Positions 10,217 to 22,107 of a DNA stretch of 64,000 nucleotides are shown here, piece after piece (position 1 is the first letter of the stretch; every line of letters starts with the position of its first letter). Below the pieces are notes generated by a model. That model was not told the DNA's origin, ran no database searches, and worked only from the letters and a program-made list of their open reading frames with translations. The stretch comes from a virus: the IMG/VR virus record IMGVR_UViG_3300026076_000002; one strand, given 5' to 3'. The position numbers and the translations under genes are program-made.

Positions 10217-11381
10217 ACCAACATTGTTCATGTGTATAGGTACAGGTTGGAGTGGTACAAGTCCACTGTACTATACTTTAGGAGATTGGAATAGATATTG
10301 TCATTGTGGACATTTAAAAGAAAACAAATATCTAGAGCACATATATCATTATAGTATTGGAGATTTTTATACTTTAGATAAAAAGAAGGTAACATTTCGT
10401 AGAGTAATGCATGAGACCTTCCGTGATGATCCAGATAATGAAAAATTTATGGGGTTTGGTTTAAGAGATAGACCAGCACAGGTGATGTATACATCAGGTG
10501 CTAATGCTCATTGGGATAAAGAATTTGTAGATGATTTCTTCACACAACCACATACATGGGAAAAATATATTAACTACTATAAGACGCATTGGGAGGCAGT
10601 AGTTCAGAATGGGGAATATAAAGCAGTATCAGATTTTTCAGTTAATAACATTTATTTTCCAGAAGACTATGTACAGGAAATAGCAAGAGAATTAAAACCA
10701 CATTTTAATGTTAAGATAATTATAACGTGTAGGGATCCTGTTAGAAGGGCATGGTCTAAGAATCAATTTAGATGGTTCCAAAGAAAGAAACGTGCTGGAT
10801 GTCAAGATCCTTGGCATATGTTTTGGCATGGTATTCTGAGTAAAGATAGACATTTATGTGGTTATCAGATGGATGTTGTAACTTTATATACAGAAGGTTA
10901 TAAAAGATGGTCTGAAGCGTTTGGTGAAGAAAATGTCCATATGACAGTGATGGAAGAACTATGGGAACGTAATGGTGACAAATGGGGTGGTAAGGAAGCG
11001 ATGGAAAAACTATCAGATTTTATAGGATATAAGATAGATGATATGTTTCCAAATGTTTACGTTCCTGAGATGGGATCTAAAGCACCTAAACTTAAAAATC
11101 TGTCAGACCAGTGGATGAGTGACGTACTAGATCTAAGTTATGATCAACAGCAAGCAGCTAGATGTATAATGAATGAGGCATATACTGAGTGGGAACGTGT
11201 GTTTGGTTCTATACCAAAAGCATGGATGACTATAGATAAAGTTGAAGTTCCTAAGTTAGATGACATGACTACAGAAGAAACTTCAAAAGCACTTGAAGAT
11301 ATAATGAAAATTGATCCTGGATGTAGACCTACATCCAGTAAAGGTTTACAAATGTTAGCAGACAATGAGTGGCACACCTAA
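10209..11381 (+). CDS. Sulfotransferase-family protein
   Basis: LFMCIGTGWSGTSPLY (5'-PSB-like loop), KE motif, KIIITCRDPVRRAWS (3'-PB-like), WSEAFGEENV. Confidence 0.65.
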   Translation: MDKPTLFMCIGTGWSGTSPLYYTLGDWNRYCHCGHLKENKYLEHIYHYSIGDFYTLDKKKVTFRRVMHETFRDDPDNEKFMGFGLRDRPAQVMYTSGANAHWDKEFVDDFFTQPHTWEKYINYYKTHWEAVVQNGEYKAVSDFSVNNIYFPEDYVQEIARELKPHFNVKIIITCRDPVRRAWSKNQFRWFQRKKRAGCQDPWHMFWHGILSKDRHLCGYQMDVVTLYTEGYKRWSEAFGEENVHMTVMEELWERNGDKWGGKEAMEKLSDFIGYKIDDMFPNVYVPEMGSKAPKLKNLSDQWMSDVLDLSYDQQQAARCIMNEAYTEWERVFGSIPKAWMTIDKVEVPKLDDMTTEETSKALEDIMKIDPGCRPTSSKGLQMLADNEWHT

Positions 11382-11899
11382 TGGATTCGTATTTTAATGG
11401 AGTTTGGCAAGACCAAGATTTTAAATCTCTTAAGTATTCTGGCTATCAGTTGGTCGATTATGTTAATGCTAAAAAACCTACTAGGGTATTAGATGTTGGG
11501 TGTGGATTTAATAAATTCAAAGGTAAAATAGATCACCTTTGGGGTATAGATCCATACAACGATGCTGCTGATGTTAAGTGTTCTATCGAAGGATACGATG
11601 GTCCTAGGGTAGATATTGCTTTATGTTTAGGTTCTATTAACTTTGGTGACGAAGAAACTATAGACCATCAGATAGAAATATTAGATAATATATGGATGAA
11701 AGAATGTATCTTTAGAGTCAATCCTGGTCTAACACATACATGGGTAGACAAGTCAGACATAGATGGAGTTGTTTGGTATCCATGGAATAAGGAAAAGGTA
11801 TATGAAATTGCAAAACAATATAAATATAACGTAGACCGCTTTGAAAAGGAATACACCATTCACGGTCATTTACGGTATTATTTTGTTTTTACTAAATAA
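11369..11899 (+). CDS. Class I SAM-dependent methyltransferase
   Basis: VLDVGCG motif I; GIDP motif II; LCLGSINFG. Confidence 0.75.
   Translation: MAHLMDSYFNGVWQDQDFKSLKYSGYQLVDYVNAKKPTRVLDVGCGFNKFKGKIDHLWGIDPYNDAADVKCSIEGYDGPRVDIALCLGSINFGDEETIDHQIEILDNIWMKECIFRVNPGLTHTWVDKSDIDGVVWYPWNKEKVYEIAKQYKYNVDRFEKEYTIHGHLRYYFVFTK
11892..11898 (+). promoter_or_regulatory. Putative late promoter CTAAATA
   Basis: Lies before the ferritin-like gene, which has a GGAG ribosome-binding site. Confidence 0.5.
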
Positions 11900-11950
11900 T
11901 AGCGTAGATACTACATCCCCTGTTTTATAAAACACACGGAGTAAAAACAA

Positions 11951-12621
11951 ATGTTATCAGGACAAGAGTTCGTAAAGAAGATCAAAGAAGAGAATAAGTC
12001 TCTTTTTGATTCATCACGTGAAAACGTACGTAACTTCTTTGCATCAAAGCCTAGCGATGAGTACCTTGTAGAGCACTTCACTGGCCGTATGGTTAATGAA
12101 GCTCAGAACATGAAGGCTATCGCTGCTGAAGTTGCTTCTTCAACACCTGCTACACATAGTGTACAGGATCTTGAGCTTCTTTCAAAGCAAGCACAGGACG
12201 AAGCTAAGCACTTCCGTATGGTTAAGGAAGTTATCGAGCACATCACAGGATCACCTGTAGATGTTGAAGCTGCATTCGCTGCTGACGCTGCTAACCCACA
12301 AGCTAAAGGTGCTTCACTTCTTGAGAAGTATTCTGCTTCTACAGACGAAGCTGCACTTGCTGCTTACCAGTTGGTTGCAGAAGGAAGAGCAGAAGCTGTT
12401 TGGCAAGAAATGGCTGAGTGCGTTGAAGATCAGTATATCGCTCACAGATATGCTACAATCGGTAGAGACGAAGGTTTCCACTCTGCTTTAGGTGGACGTA
12501 AGCTTGCTACTCTAGTAGAAGGTGCTTCTGAACTTCAGAGCCGCATTCTTGACATGGTTGCTCAAATGAGAATCGACCTTGCTGAGATTTCTGCTAAGAA
12601 CACAGCAATCGCAGAGGTTGG

Positions 12622-12625
<4 letters not shown>
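11951..12625 (+). CDS. Ferritin-like di-iron carboxylate protein
   Basis: Four-helix ligand pattern E(NEAQN)...DEAKH...E(AEGRA)...DEGFH. Confidence 0.75.
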
Positions 12626-13997
<1,372 letters not shown>

Positions 13998-13998
13998 G

Positions 13999-14760
13999 CT
14001 AACAATGGCATGGTTTATCACCACAGCAATCTAAGTAGTCACCACGTGCAGGTTTCTCCCACAATTCCTTATCTACAGGATTAGTTGGGAATGGTATTGC
14101 TGTTTTATTACCATCATCCAATATTTGTTCTTCTACTGGAGAAATGTATTTAAGGTTAGCATCATATCTTAATATTTCTTCTAACCTTTCATCATACCAT
14201 GCTACAGGAATAGGTAACTCAAGAGTCTTAAGGTACTCTTCTTTGTAAAGATATAACAATTCATAACTTAAGAATATAGGATTCTCGAAATTAGGTAATT
14301 GATCTAGGAAATGTCTGCAAGTATTCTCTTCACGTATTCTAAACTGTTGATGGTCTAATATATTTTGATCTCTTCCTATAACACATATCTGAGTTTCTAG
14401 TCCACACAGTTCACAATTCATGGCAAACTGCATGATATTAGGTGACCACTTAGTTCCTTTAGATTCTATACCTAGTGGTACACTGATACTTGTAAAGTAG
14501 TAGTCACTCTGTGACCAATCAAACTCCTTTAGTGTACTAGGATCTCTCCAGTATGCTGCAAATGGTTCTGTTAACCTATGTGCTTCCCAATAGTTATCAA
14601 GTAAACTCTTCCAACCAAATACATCTTCATGTAGGGAAAAGACTTTTGACCATAGATGATTTCCAGAACCTTGGGGTCCAGTTAAGATAACTATTTTCTT
14701 CTTTTTATTGGAAGATTTAACTGCCGTTGTTAAGTCGTTAGTTGAGAACACATATTTCAT
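13999..14760 (-). CDS. Sulfotransferase-like P-loop protein (paralog D)
   Basis: IVILTGPQGSGNHLW...SLHEDV; paralog of 12622-13251; ATG at 14760 fits the promoter position. Confidence 0.5.
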   Translation of the reverse strand: MKYVFSTNDLTTAVKSSNKKKKIVILTGPQGSGNHLWSKVFSLHEDVFGWKSLLDNYWEAHRLTEPFAAYWRDPSTLKEFDWSQSDYYFTSISVPLGIESKGTKWSPNIMQFAMNCELCGLETQICVIGRDQNILDHQQFRIREENTCRHFLDQLPNFENPIFLSYELLYLYKEEYLKTLELPIPVAWYDERLEEILRYDANLKYISPVEEQILDDGNKTAIPFPTNPVDKELWEKPARGDYLDCCGDKPCHC

Positions 14761-14774
14761 TGTATACACTACTA

Positions 14775-14803
14775 ATTATAACACATAAATAATCTCATAT
14801 CAA
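14775..14803 (-). promoter_or_regulatory. Sigma70-like early promoter of the pebS operon
   Basis: Minus strand TTGATA-17 nt-TATAAT with a TGn extension. Confidence 0.7.
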
Positions 14804-14852
14804 CGTCTGTCTTTACAGATGGTATGTCTTCTCTTCTTTAAGAGTCTTGTGA

Positions 14853-16067
14853 ATGGCACAACCTGTATTAAAGTTTAAAAGGTCTTCCGTTGAAGGCAAG
14901 GTTCCAGCAGTAAGTAGTATAGAACGTGGTGAATTTGCCATTAATACCTATGATGGTAAGGTCTATATTCTTAGGGATCAGTCATCGGTAGGAATTGCTA
15001 CTACAACTGTATCAGTTAACCCATGGGTAGAAACCTCTGGTGTTGGTGAACTGGTAAGTTATAGTGGTGAGGTGGCTTGTGGTGCAGCATTATCAGTTAC
15101 TGGAGATTTAAGGGTAACTGGTGTTACAACTATAAGTGGTCTAACATACCCTGCAAGTGACGGGAGTGCTTTACAGACTCTTCAGACAGATGGTAGTGGA
15201 AATTTAAGTTTCGGTGATCTAGCAGGGGATTTAACAGGTAATGTGACAGGTAATGTCACAGGAAGATTGATAGGTAATGTAGAAGGTAATATTTTCTCAT
15301 CAGGTATATCTACAGTATCAGGGTTTACATTCCCTAGTAGTGACGGTACAACTAATGAAAGTTTAGTTACTGATGGTAATGGTAATTTAAGTTTTAAGAC
15401 TATAGAAGGTGGAGGTGGTGCTGGTATAACCACCCACACAGATGCATATTATACAGCAACAGAGTTCCAAGACGAATTCGATACACCACATCCATTTGTT
15501 GCTGACATAGGTACTAGGACAGTACAGGTATTTCTTAATGGTATTAAGTTAAGAAATAGTCAATTTGTAAATGATCCACCTGCTGACTTTACGTTATCAG
15601 GAACTAAGACAGTTACACTAGCAAGTAGTTGTAATGCTGGTGACAGAGTACAGGTCACTGTATTCTATCATAATGAATTTGAAGAAGATTTACTTACTGC
15701 AACAACAGAAGGTCAAACTGAATTTGACCTAACTGGTGGTGATAAAACAAATGTGAAATGCTATGTCAATGGTGTTAAATTAAGATCAACTGACTTTACT
15801 ATAACTAGAAAAATAACTCTAGGGCAGGGTTGTAATGCTGGTGATGAGGTGGACATCATATCAGAGACTGCTGAAGATTACTTCACTGCTACTCAAAACC
15901 AAATTGAATTTTCACCTAGTAATGTTGACATACAAGAGCATAACCTAATGGTTTTTGTTAATGGTGTCAGATTGGAAAATAATGATTACACTAAAAACTC
16001 CCCCACAATAACACTAACAGAAGGTTTGAACAAGGGTGATCACCTTGATGTGGTGTACAGGGCATAA
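14853..16067 (+). CDS. Tail-fibre-related structural protein
   Basis: LKFKRSS...GEFAINTYDGK N-terminus; FPSSDGT/TDGNGNLSF modules; three VxVxxNG[VI][KR]L domains like the one in the long fibre. Confidence 0.7.
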   Translation: MAQPVLKFKRSSVEGKVPAVSSIERGEFAINTYDGKVYILRDQSSVGIATTTVSVNPWVETSGVGELVSYSGEVACGAALSVTGDLRVTGVTTISGLTYPASDGSALQTLQTDGSGNLSFGDLAGDLTGNVTGNVTGRLIGNVEGNIFSSGISTVSGFTFPSSDGTTNESLVTDGNGNLSFKTIEGGGGAGITTHTDAYYTATEFQDEFDTPHPFVADIGTRTVQVFLNGIKLRNSQFVNDPPADFTLSGTKTVTLASSCNAGDRVQVTVFYHNEFEEDLLTATTEGQTEFDLTGGDKTNVKCYVNGVKLRSTDFTITRKITLGQGCNAGDEVDIISETAEDYFTATQNQIEFSPSNVDIQEHNLMVFVNGVRLENNDYTKNSPTITLTEGLNKGDHLDVVYRA

Positions 16068-16088
16068 ATACAAAAAAGTAGGCTAACA

Positions 16089-16937
16089 ATGGCACAACCG
16101 TCTACAAGACAAGAATTAGTTGATTATGCTAAGAGGCAGCTAGGTTATCCTGTCTTGGAGATCAACCTTGCTGATGAACAGATCGAAGATCTGATGGATG
16201 ATGCTATCCAGTTATTTCAGGATAGACACTTTGATGGTATTGAAAAAATATACATGAAGCATAAAGTTACTCAAGACTTTATTGATTCAATTGAAGCAAG
16301 AGGTGGATCTAAAACTATTGGTGTTACTACATCTACAGCAGAAGCACAACTAACTGGACAGGTAGGTATAACTACATTCTCATACGAAGAGAACCAAAAC
16401 TTTATTCAAATACCAGAACAAGTTATAAGTATAGTTAAGGTATGGAAGATTGATAATAGAGCAATTAGCACTAACATGTTTAGTGTTAATTATCAGTTAT
16501 TCTTGAATGAGATATACTGGTTTACTGCTGCTGAGATGATTAACTATGCTATGACAAAGACGTTCTTGGAAGATATTAACTTCCTACTACGTCCTGAGAA
16601 GCAGATTAGATATAACAGAAGACAAAATAGATTGTATATTGATACTGATTATTCCAGTATGCAAGTAGATGACTATATTATTATTGAATGTTATAGAGCA
16701 TTAGATCCTAATATGTACCCTAATGTATACAGGGATCCATTCTTGAAGAAGTACTTTACTTCTCTTATGAAGAAGCAATGGGGTCAAAACCTTATTAAGT
16801 TCCAAGGAGTTAAACTTCCTGGTGGAGTAGAACTTAATGGAAGACAGATATATGACGATGCATTAGGAGAAATAGAAAAAATTGAAGAGAAGATGGCATG
16901 GGAGTATGAGATCCCTGCACTTGATACGATTGGATAA
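16089..16937 (+). CDS. g13: Neck protein gp13
   Basis: RQLGYPVLEIN, KKQWGQNLIKF, LPGGVELNG. Confidence 0.92.
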   Translation: MAQPSTRQELVDYAKRQLGYPVLEINLADEQIEDLMDDAIQLFQDRHFDGIEKIYMKHKVTQDFIDSIEARGGSKTIGVTTSTAEAQLTGQVGITTFSYEENQNFIQIPEQVISIVKVWKIDNRAISTNMFSVNYQLFLNEIYWFTAAEMINYAMTKTFLEDINFLLRPEKQIRYNRRQNRLYIDTDYSSMQVDDYIIIECYRALDPNMYPNVYRDPFLKKYFTSLMKKQWGQNLIKFQGVKLPGGVELNGRQIYDDALGEIEKIEEKMAWEYEIPALDTIG

Positions 16938-18343
16938 TGGCATTAAATCCCTTTTTTACTCAAGGCAATCAGTCTGAGCAATCACTTGTTCAAGAATTGA
17001 TTGACGAACATATTAAGATGCATGGCATAGAGTTTACCTATATGCCTAGAATCTATGTGAATACAAAGACTATAATAAGGGAAGTCAGTTCATCTAAGTT
17101 TGATAAAGCATTTCCTATTGAAGGATATATTGAGAACTACCAAGGGTTTGGAGACAATTATAATATACTTACTAAGTTTGGTGTAAGGTCAACTGCTGAG
17201 ATTAGTATTGTTATATCTCAGGCAAGATTTGAAGAGTATATAACACCGTTGTTAACTGGTGGTGTTACTGGATTAAGTAACGATCCTGTTAGACCTTTGG
17301 AGGGAGACTTAATCTATTTCCCATTGGGAGACATGCTTTTTGAGATTAAGTATGTTGAACATGAGCAACCATCATTCTACCAGTTACAAAAGAACTATAC
17401 TTATAAGTTAAAATGTGAACTCTTCGAGTACGAGGACGAGCAAATCGATACTGGTATTGGTTCTATTGATGATGACTTTGAGACTATAGGATACAATGCA
17501 ACAATGCAGTTGCTAGGAATAGGTACACAAAGTGAAGCTACTGCAACTATAGTTAACGGTGGTCTGTCACAAATCAACTTAGTATCTGGTGGTACAGGAT
17601 ATACCAGAGCACCAAATATAGTAATACAACCACCTAGCTGGGGAATAGGTCATACTGCAACTGCTGTTGCAATAACTACCCAGATGTCAGATGGTAAGTA
17701 TTCACTAACGGATATACAAATAACTGATTCTGGATCTGGTTATTCTACTTCTTCAAATCCACCAACTATTCAAATTGTAACTGATGATGGTGAAGGTGCT
17801 GGAGCACAAGCACAAGCTATTGTTAGTAATGGGACTGTTGGTAAGGTTGTTATGACTGAACATGGTTCAGACTATGTACTAACACCAGTTGTTACGTTTA
17901 GTTCTCCACCATCACCAGGCGTTACTGCTGAAGGTTTTGCTAATCTTGATGCTAATGGTAAGGTAGGATCTATTAGTATTGTTAATTCTGGATCAGGATA
18001 TGCCAGTGCTCCAACTGTCACAGTGTCTGCTGCTGGAACTATAGGAGTGGGTACATATTTCAGTGGTGATCTTATAACTGGTAGTCTTAGTAATAACAAG
18101 GCATTTGTTACTAATTGGAACAATCCTACTATGACTTTAACTATTAAGAGTCTCAGTGGACACTTCACTCCTGGTGAATTAATTGTAGGTACATCTAAGA
18201 CAACAGGTGAGTCTATAGCATATAGACTAAATACCATCAACTATGATGATGACGATGTTATTGACAACAACCAAGAAATTGAGGTTGCTGGTGAAGAGAT
18301 CATTGATTGGTCTGAACAGAACCCATTTAGTGAGAGACCATAA
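16937..18343 (+). CDS. g14: Neck protein gp14 with an inserted repeat domain
   Basis: EQSLVQELIDEHIK, LTKFG, RPLEGDLIYFP, CELFEY, terminal EQNPF. Confidence 0.9.
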   Translation: MALNPFFTQGNQSEQSLVQELIDEHIKMHGIEFTYMPRIYVNTKTIIREVSSSKFDKAFPIEGYIENYQGFGDNYNILTKFGVRSTAEISIVISQARFEEYITPLLTGGVTGLSNDPVRPLEGDLIYFPLGDMLFEIKYVEHEQPSFYQLQKNYTYKLKCELFEYEDEQIDTGIGSIDDDFETIGYNATMQLLGIGTQSEATATIVNGGLSQINLVSGGTGYTRAPNIVIQPPSWGIGHTATAVAITTQMSDGKYSLTDIQITDSGSGYSTSSNPPTIQIVTDDGEGAGAQAQAIVSNGTVGKVVMTEHGSDYVLTPVVTFSSPPSPGVTAEGFANLDANGKVGSISIVNSGSGYASAPTVTVSAAGTIGVGTYFSGDLITGSLSNNKAFVTNWNNPTMTLTIKSLSGHFTPGELIVGTSKTTGESIAYRLNTINYDDDDVIDNNQEIEVAGEEIIDWSEQNPFSERP

Positions 18344-19392
18344 TGTTAGGTAATTATTTTTATCATAGTACGGTAAGAAAGTCAGTTATTGCTTTCGGTA
18401 CACTGTTTAATAACATCAGTATACAGCATACTAATGATGCTACTGGTGAAGTTATCAGTAAGATCAAGGTTCCTATTGCCTATGGTCCTATTCAGAAGTT
18501 CTTAGCAAGAGTAGAACAGCAGCCAAATTTCGCTAGAGATGCTGCTATCACACTTCCAAGGATGTCTTTTGAAATTGTAAATTATAAGTATGATGCTTCT
18601 AGAAAGACTGCCCCTATTACAAAATTCTGTCTACTTACTCCAACAGAGAAGACAAAAATTAAGAAAGTTTTTATGCCAACCCCCTACACCATTGGGTTTA
18701 GGTTGAGTTTTGCTGCAAAGATACAGGATGATTCGCTACAAATATTAGAACAGATACTACCTCATTTCCAACCATCATATAAGGTTAGTATTAATATGCT
18801 GGAAGATGCTGAAGAGATTAAAGATATTCCAATTACACTAACTAATATAACCTTTAGGGATGAGTATGAAGGTGACTTTACTGAACGTAGAGCAATTGTA
18901 TATGAGTTGGACTTTGACTTAAAAACATTCTTCTATAGCGAAGTACCTACAGATGAGAGTGGTGGCATTATTAAGAAGGTTAAGATTGATTATGCTTCTG
19001 CTATTAGAGCACCTAGAGAACAAAGGTATGTAGTTACACCAGCGGCTGTCAAGGATTATAACCAAGATCAAACGCAGTCATTGGCAGCAAATCTTGATAT
19101 GAATAAGACTTTGATGGAAGTTACTACTAACACTGGTTTAACAGTTGGAAGATATATACAAATAGGTGACGAAGTTTTACGCATCAATGAGGTGAATGGT
19201 ACTAATGTATTAGTATCACGAGCACAGTATGGTTCTACTATGAGAGAACACTACCAAGGTGACGTTATTAATCAAATCACTATACAAGATGATGCCCTAA
19301 TTGAAATTGGTGATGATTTCGGATTCAACGAAACCAGAACTTTCTATCAAGACGGTAAAGTCTATAGCAGTTCGCAAGGAATAGATGTCTGA
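18343..19392 (+). CDS. g15: Tail sheath stabiliser gp15
   Basis: YFYH...FGTLFNNI, KVPIAYGP, LPRMSFE, QILEQILP. Confidence 0.92.
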   Translation: MLGNYFYHSTVRKSVIAFGTLFNNISIQHTNDATGEVISKIKVPIAYGPIQKFLARVEQQPNFARDAAITLPRMSFEIVNYKYDASRKTAPITKFCLLTPTEKTKIKKVFMPTPYTIGFRLSFAAKIQDDSLQILEQILPHFQPSYKVSINMLEDAEEIKDIPITLTNITFRDEYEGDFTERRAIVYELDFDLKTFFYSEVPTDESGGIIKKVKIDYASAIRAPREQRYVVTPAAVKDYNQDQTQSLAANLDMNKTLMEVTTNTGLTVGRYIQIGDEVLRINEVNGTNVLVSRAQYGSTMREHYQGDVINQITIQDDALIEIGDDFGFNETRTFYQDGKVYSSSQGIDV

Positions 19393-19813
19393 TAACAAAG
19401 GATTTGATGCAATTAATAGAGCACTTGACGTAAAAGCAGAGATCGTCAAGGAAGGTGGTTGTGTCAAAAAATCTGATAAAGCACAACGTATAGAGAAAGA
19501 TGATCCCACTAAGGATTACGAATATACCAGAGCACAACTGTATAATCTAATCGAGAAAGGACATGAAGCACTTAACGGTATTCTAGATGTTGCTGCTGAT
19601 AGTCAGCATCCTAGAGCATATGAGGTTGCTGGTCAGTTAATCAAAAGTGTTGGAGATGTAACAGACAAGTTACTTGATTCTCAGAAAAAAATGAAAGACA
19701 TGGATGAGGATAAGTCAGGTCCAAAACAGGTTACAAACAATTCTTTGTTCGTTGGTAGTACATCCGACCTACAAAAAATGTTAAAGGAGATGAGTAAGAA
19801 GGATAATAAATAA
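19385..19813 (+). CDS. g16: Terminase small subunit gp16
   Basis: DYEYTR, HPRAYEV, NNSLFVGSTSDLQKML. Confidence 0.92.
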   Translation: MSDNKGFDAINRALDVKAEIVKEGGCVKKSDKAQRIEKDDPTKDYEYTRAQLYNLIEKGHEALNGILDVAADSQHPRAYEVAGQLIKSVGDVTDKLLDSQKKMKDMDEDKSGPKQVTNNSLFVGSTSDLQKMLKEMSKKDNK

Positions 19814-19834
19814 AGAACAGTCTGATTTACTATC

Positions 19835-20182
19835 ATGTTTAATAAGGGGATTATTAAAGTTCTACAAATAGTGGATCAGAAAAATATTTCGGAGGATTTA
19901 GTATCAGAAAAATTTGGGATCGTATCGACTGGACGAGCAGGTAGTTTCTCTGCCCAAAAGATGCCGTCTGCTGCTGATACAGCAGCAGCGACTGCGGCTG
20001 AAAAGAATGCTAAACAAAAGCAAAGGGCAGCTGGAGCCAGTAAACTGATGGGAAGAGCAAAGGCTGCATTAGATGTAGTCAGGACTGTCAATCAGAATAT
20101 CTCTAGAGTCTACGAACCGAAAGAGTCGTTTACTTTTAAAAATTTTAGATGGATAACAAAGAAAGAGGACATGACGAATTAA
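19835..20182 (+). CDS. Hypothetical protein, possibly a late/internal virion protein
   Basis: ATAAATA at 19806-19812; ISE/VSE motifs; Ala/Lys-rich. Confidence 0.55.
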   Translation: MFNKGIIKVLQIVDQKNISEDLVSEKFGIVSTGRAGSFSAQKMPSAADTAAATAAEKNAKQKQRAAGASKLMGRAKAALDVVRTVNQNISRVYEPKESFTFKNFRWITKKEDMTN

Positions 20183-20268
20183 AACGTCAGTCTGAAATCA
20201 ACCGTTTATCTGATTTAACTAGACAACATGATGCTAAATACTTGACCAATCCAGCAAAATATAAGTGA
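20149..20268 (+). CDS. Small hypothetical ORF (39 aa)
   Basis: Translated by hand: MDNKERGHDELKRQSEINRLSDLTRQHDAKYLTNPAKYK. Confidence 0.35.
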   Translation: MDNKERGHDELKRQSEINRLSDLTRQHDAKYLTNPAKYK

Positions 20269-20414
20269 TCTATACTGCCAACCCAAAGGTTTCTTTTATA
20301 ATAGACCCTTTGGGTTCTGGCAAACTAATCAAATTCGTTCATCCTATTGACTTAAGGAGTGCGAGTCAGAAACTAGAATCTTTACAGAGAAAAGTTAATG
20401 CCTCAGTCAAATGA
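20265..20414 (+). CDS. Small hypothetical ORF (49 aa, GTG start)
   Basis: GTGA overlap with the previous stop; runs into the g17 start. Confidence 0.3.
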   Translation: MIYTANPKVSFIIDPLGSGKLIKFVHPIDLRSASQKLESLQRKVNASVK

Positions 20415-22050
20415 CATTTACCTTGGTAACCCCAACCTAAAGAAAGCAAATACACAGGTTGAGTTTACTAAAGAACATATAGAAGAGTATTTGAAGTGTA
20501 AGGATGATCCTGTATACTTCACCCAAAGTCATATTAAGATCGTTTCTCTTGATGAAGGTTTGGTTCCATTTAAAATGTGGGACTTTCAGGAGAAATTAAT
20601 TAGAAACTTCCACGGAAATAGATTTAATATCTGTAAGATGCCTCGTCAGACTGGTAAGTCTACAACTGTGGTATCTTATCTTCTACACTATGCTATCTTT
20701 AATGATAACGTAAACATTGCTATACTAGCAAACAAGGCACAAACTGCTAGAGACCTATTGGGCAGACTACAACTTGCCTATGAAAACCTACCCAAGTGGA
20801 TGCAACAAGGAATTATTGCATGGAACAAGGGTTCTATGGAATTAGAAAATGGATCCAAAATTATCGCTGCATCTACTTCTGCATCTGCTGTCAGGGGTGG
20901 ATCTTACAATATTATCTTCCTCGATGAGTTTGCGTTCGTTGCAAACCACCTCGCAGACGACTTTTTTGCGTCTGTTTATCCTACTATATCTTCAGGTCAG
21001 AAGACCAAGGTAATCATAGTATCTACTCCACATGGTATGAATCACTTCTACCGTATGTGGCATGATAGTGAACGTGGTAAAAATGAATATTGCCCTACAG
21101 AAGTTCATTGGTCTGAAGTACCAGGTAGGGATGCTAAATGGAAAGAACAAACTATATCAAACACATCTAAGTCTCAGTTCCAAGTTGAGTTTGAATGTGA
21201 GTTTCTAGGATCTGTTGATACATTGATAGCACCATCAAAGTTAAAGACGTTAGTATACGAAGATCCAATAATGCAGAATGGTAGTCTGTATGTATATGAA
21301 CATTGTAGACCAAATCATGATTATATTGTAACAGTTGACGTTGCACGTGGTGTGTCGAAAGATTACAGTGCCTTTATAGTTTTTGATATTACAGAATTTC
21401 CATATAAAGCAGTAGCACGATACCGTAATAACAGTATCAAACCTATGCTGTTTCCATCTATCATACATGAAGTAGCATGTGCATATAATATGGCATGGAT
21501 ACTATGTGAGGTAAATGATATAGGAGATCAGGTTGCGTCAATCTTAAACTTTGATCTGGAATATGAAAATGTTTTAATGTGTGCTATGCGTGGTAGAGCA
21601 GGTCAGGTAGTTGGTCAAGGGTTCTCTGGCAACAAGACTCAGTTAGGAGTCAAGATGTCAGTGACAACAAAGAAAGTCGGGTGTTCTAACCTTAAAACTT
21701 TGATAGAAGAAGACAAACTTATACTATGCGATTATGATATGATAAGTGAACTTACTACGTTTATACAGAAGAAACAATCCTTTGAAGCAGAGGAAGGATG
21801 TAACGATGACCTTGCTATGTGTATGGTTATTTTCTCTTGGTTAGTTGCTCAAGATTACTTCAAAGAGATGACAGATCAGGACGTAAGAAGACGCATTTAT
21901 GATGAACAAAAGAATCAAATAGAACAAGATATGGCCCCATTTGGGTTCGTTACTGATGGTTTAGAGGAGGAAATAACCGTTGATACCAACGGTGATGAGT
22001 GGCATTTGGATGAATATGGAGACATGTCATACATGTGGGATTACAAGTAA
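20398..22050 (+). CDS. g17: Terminase large subunit gp17
   Basis: YLGNPNLK, Walker A PRQTGKS, Walker B IFLDEFAF, VDVARG, NDDLAM. Confidence 0.97.
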   Translation: MPQSNDIYLGNPNLKKANTQVEFTKEHIEEYLKCKDDPVYFTQSHIKIVSLDEGLVPFKMWDFQEKLIRNFHGNRFNICKMPRQTGKSTTVVSYLLHYAIFNDNVNIAILANKAQTARDLLGRLQLAYENLPKWMQQGIIAWNKGSMELENGSKIIAASTSASAVRGGSYNIIFLDEFAFVANHLADDFFASVYPTISSGQKTKVIIVSTPHGMNHFYRMWHDSERGKNEYCPTEVHWSEVPGRDAKWKEQTISNTSKSQFQVEFECEFLGSVDTLIAPSKLKTLVYEDPIMQNGSLYVYEHCRPNHDYIVTVDVARGVSKDYSAFIVFDITEFPYKAVARYRNNSIKPMLFPSIIHEVACAYNMAWILCEVNDIGDQVASILNFDLEYENVLMCAMRGRAGQVVGQGFSGNKTQLGVKMSVTTKKVGCSNLKTLIEEDKLILCDYDMISELTTFIQKKQSFEAEEGCNDDLAMCMVIFSWLVAQDYFKEMTDQDVRRRIYDEQKNQIEQDMAPFGFVTDGLEEEITVDTNGDEWHLDEYGDMSYMWDYK

Positions 22051-22063
22051 TAACGCATTTTTA

Positions 22064-22070
22064 CTAAATA
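22064..22070 (+). promoter_or_regulatory. Putative late promoter CTAAATA
   Basis: Upstream of g18. Confidence 0.55.
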
Positions 22071-22107
22071 ATTTATAGTCAAAATAGGGTTACCGCAGGG
22101 AGTTAGA

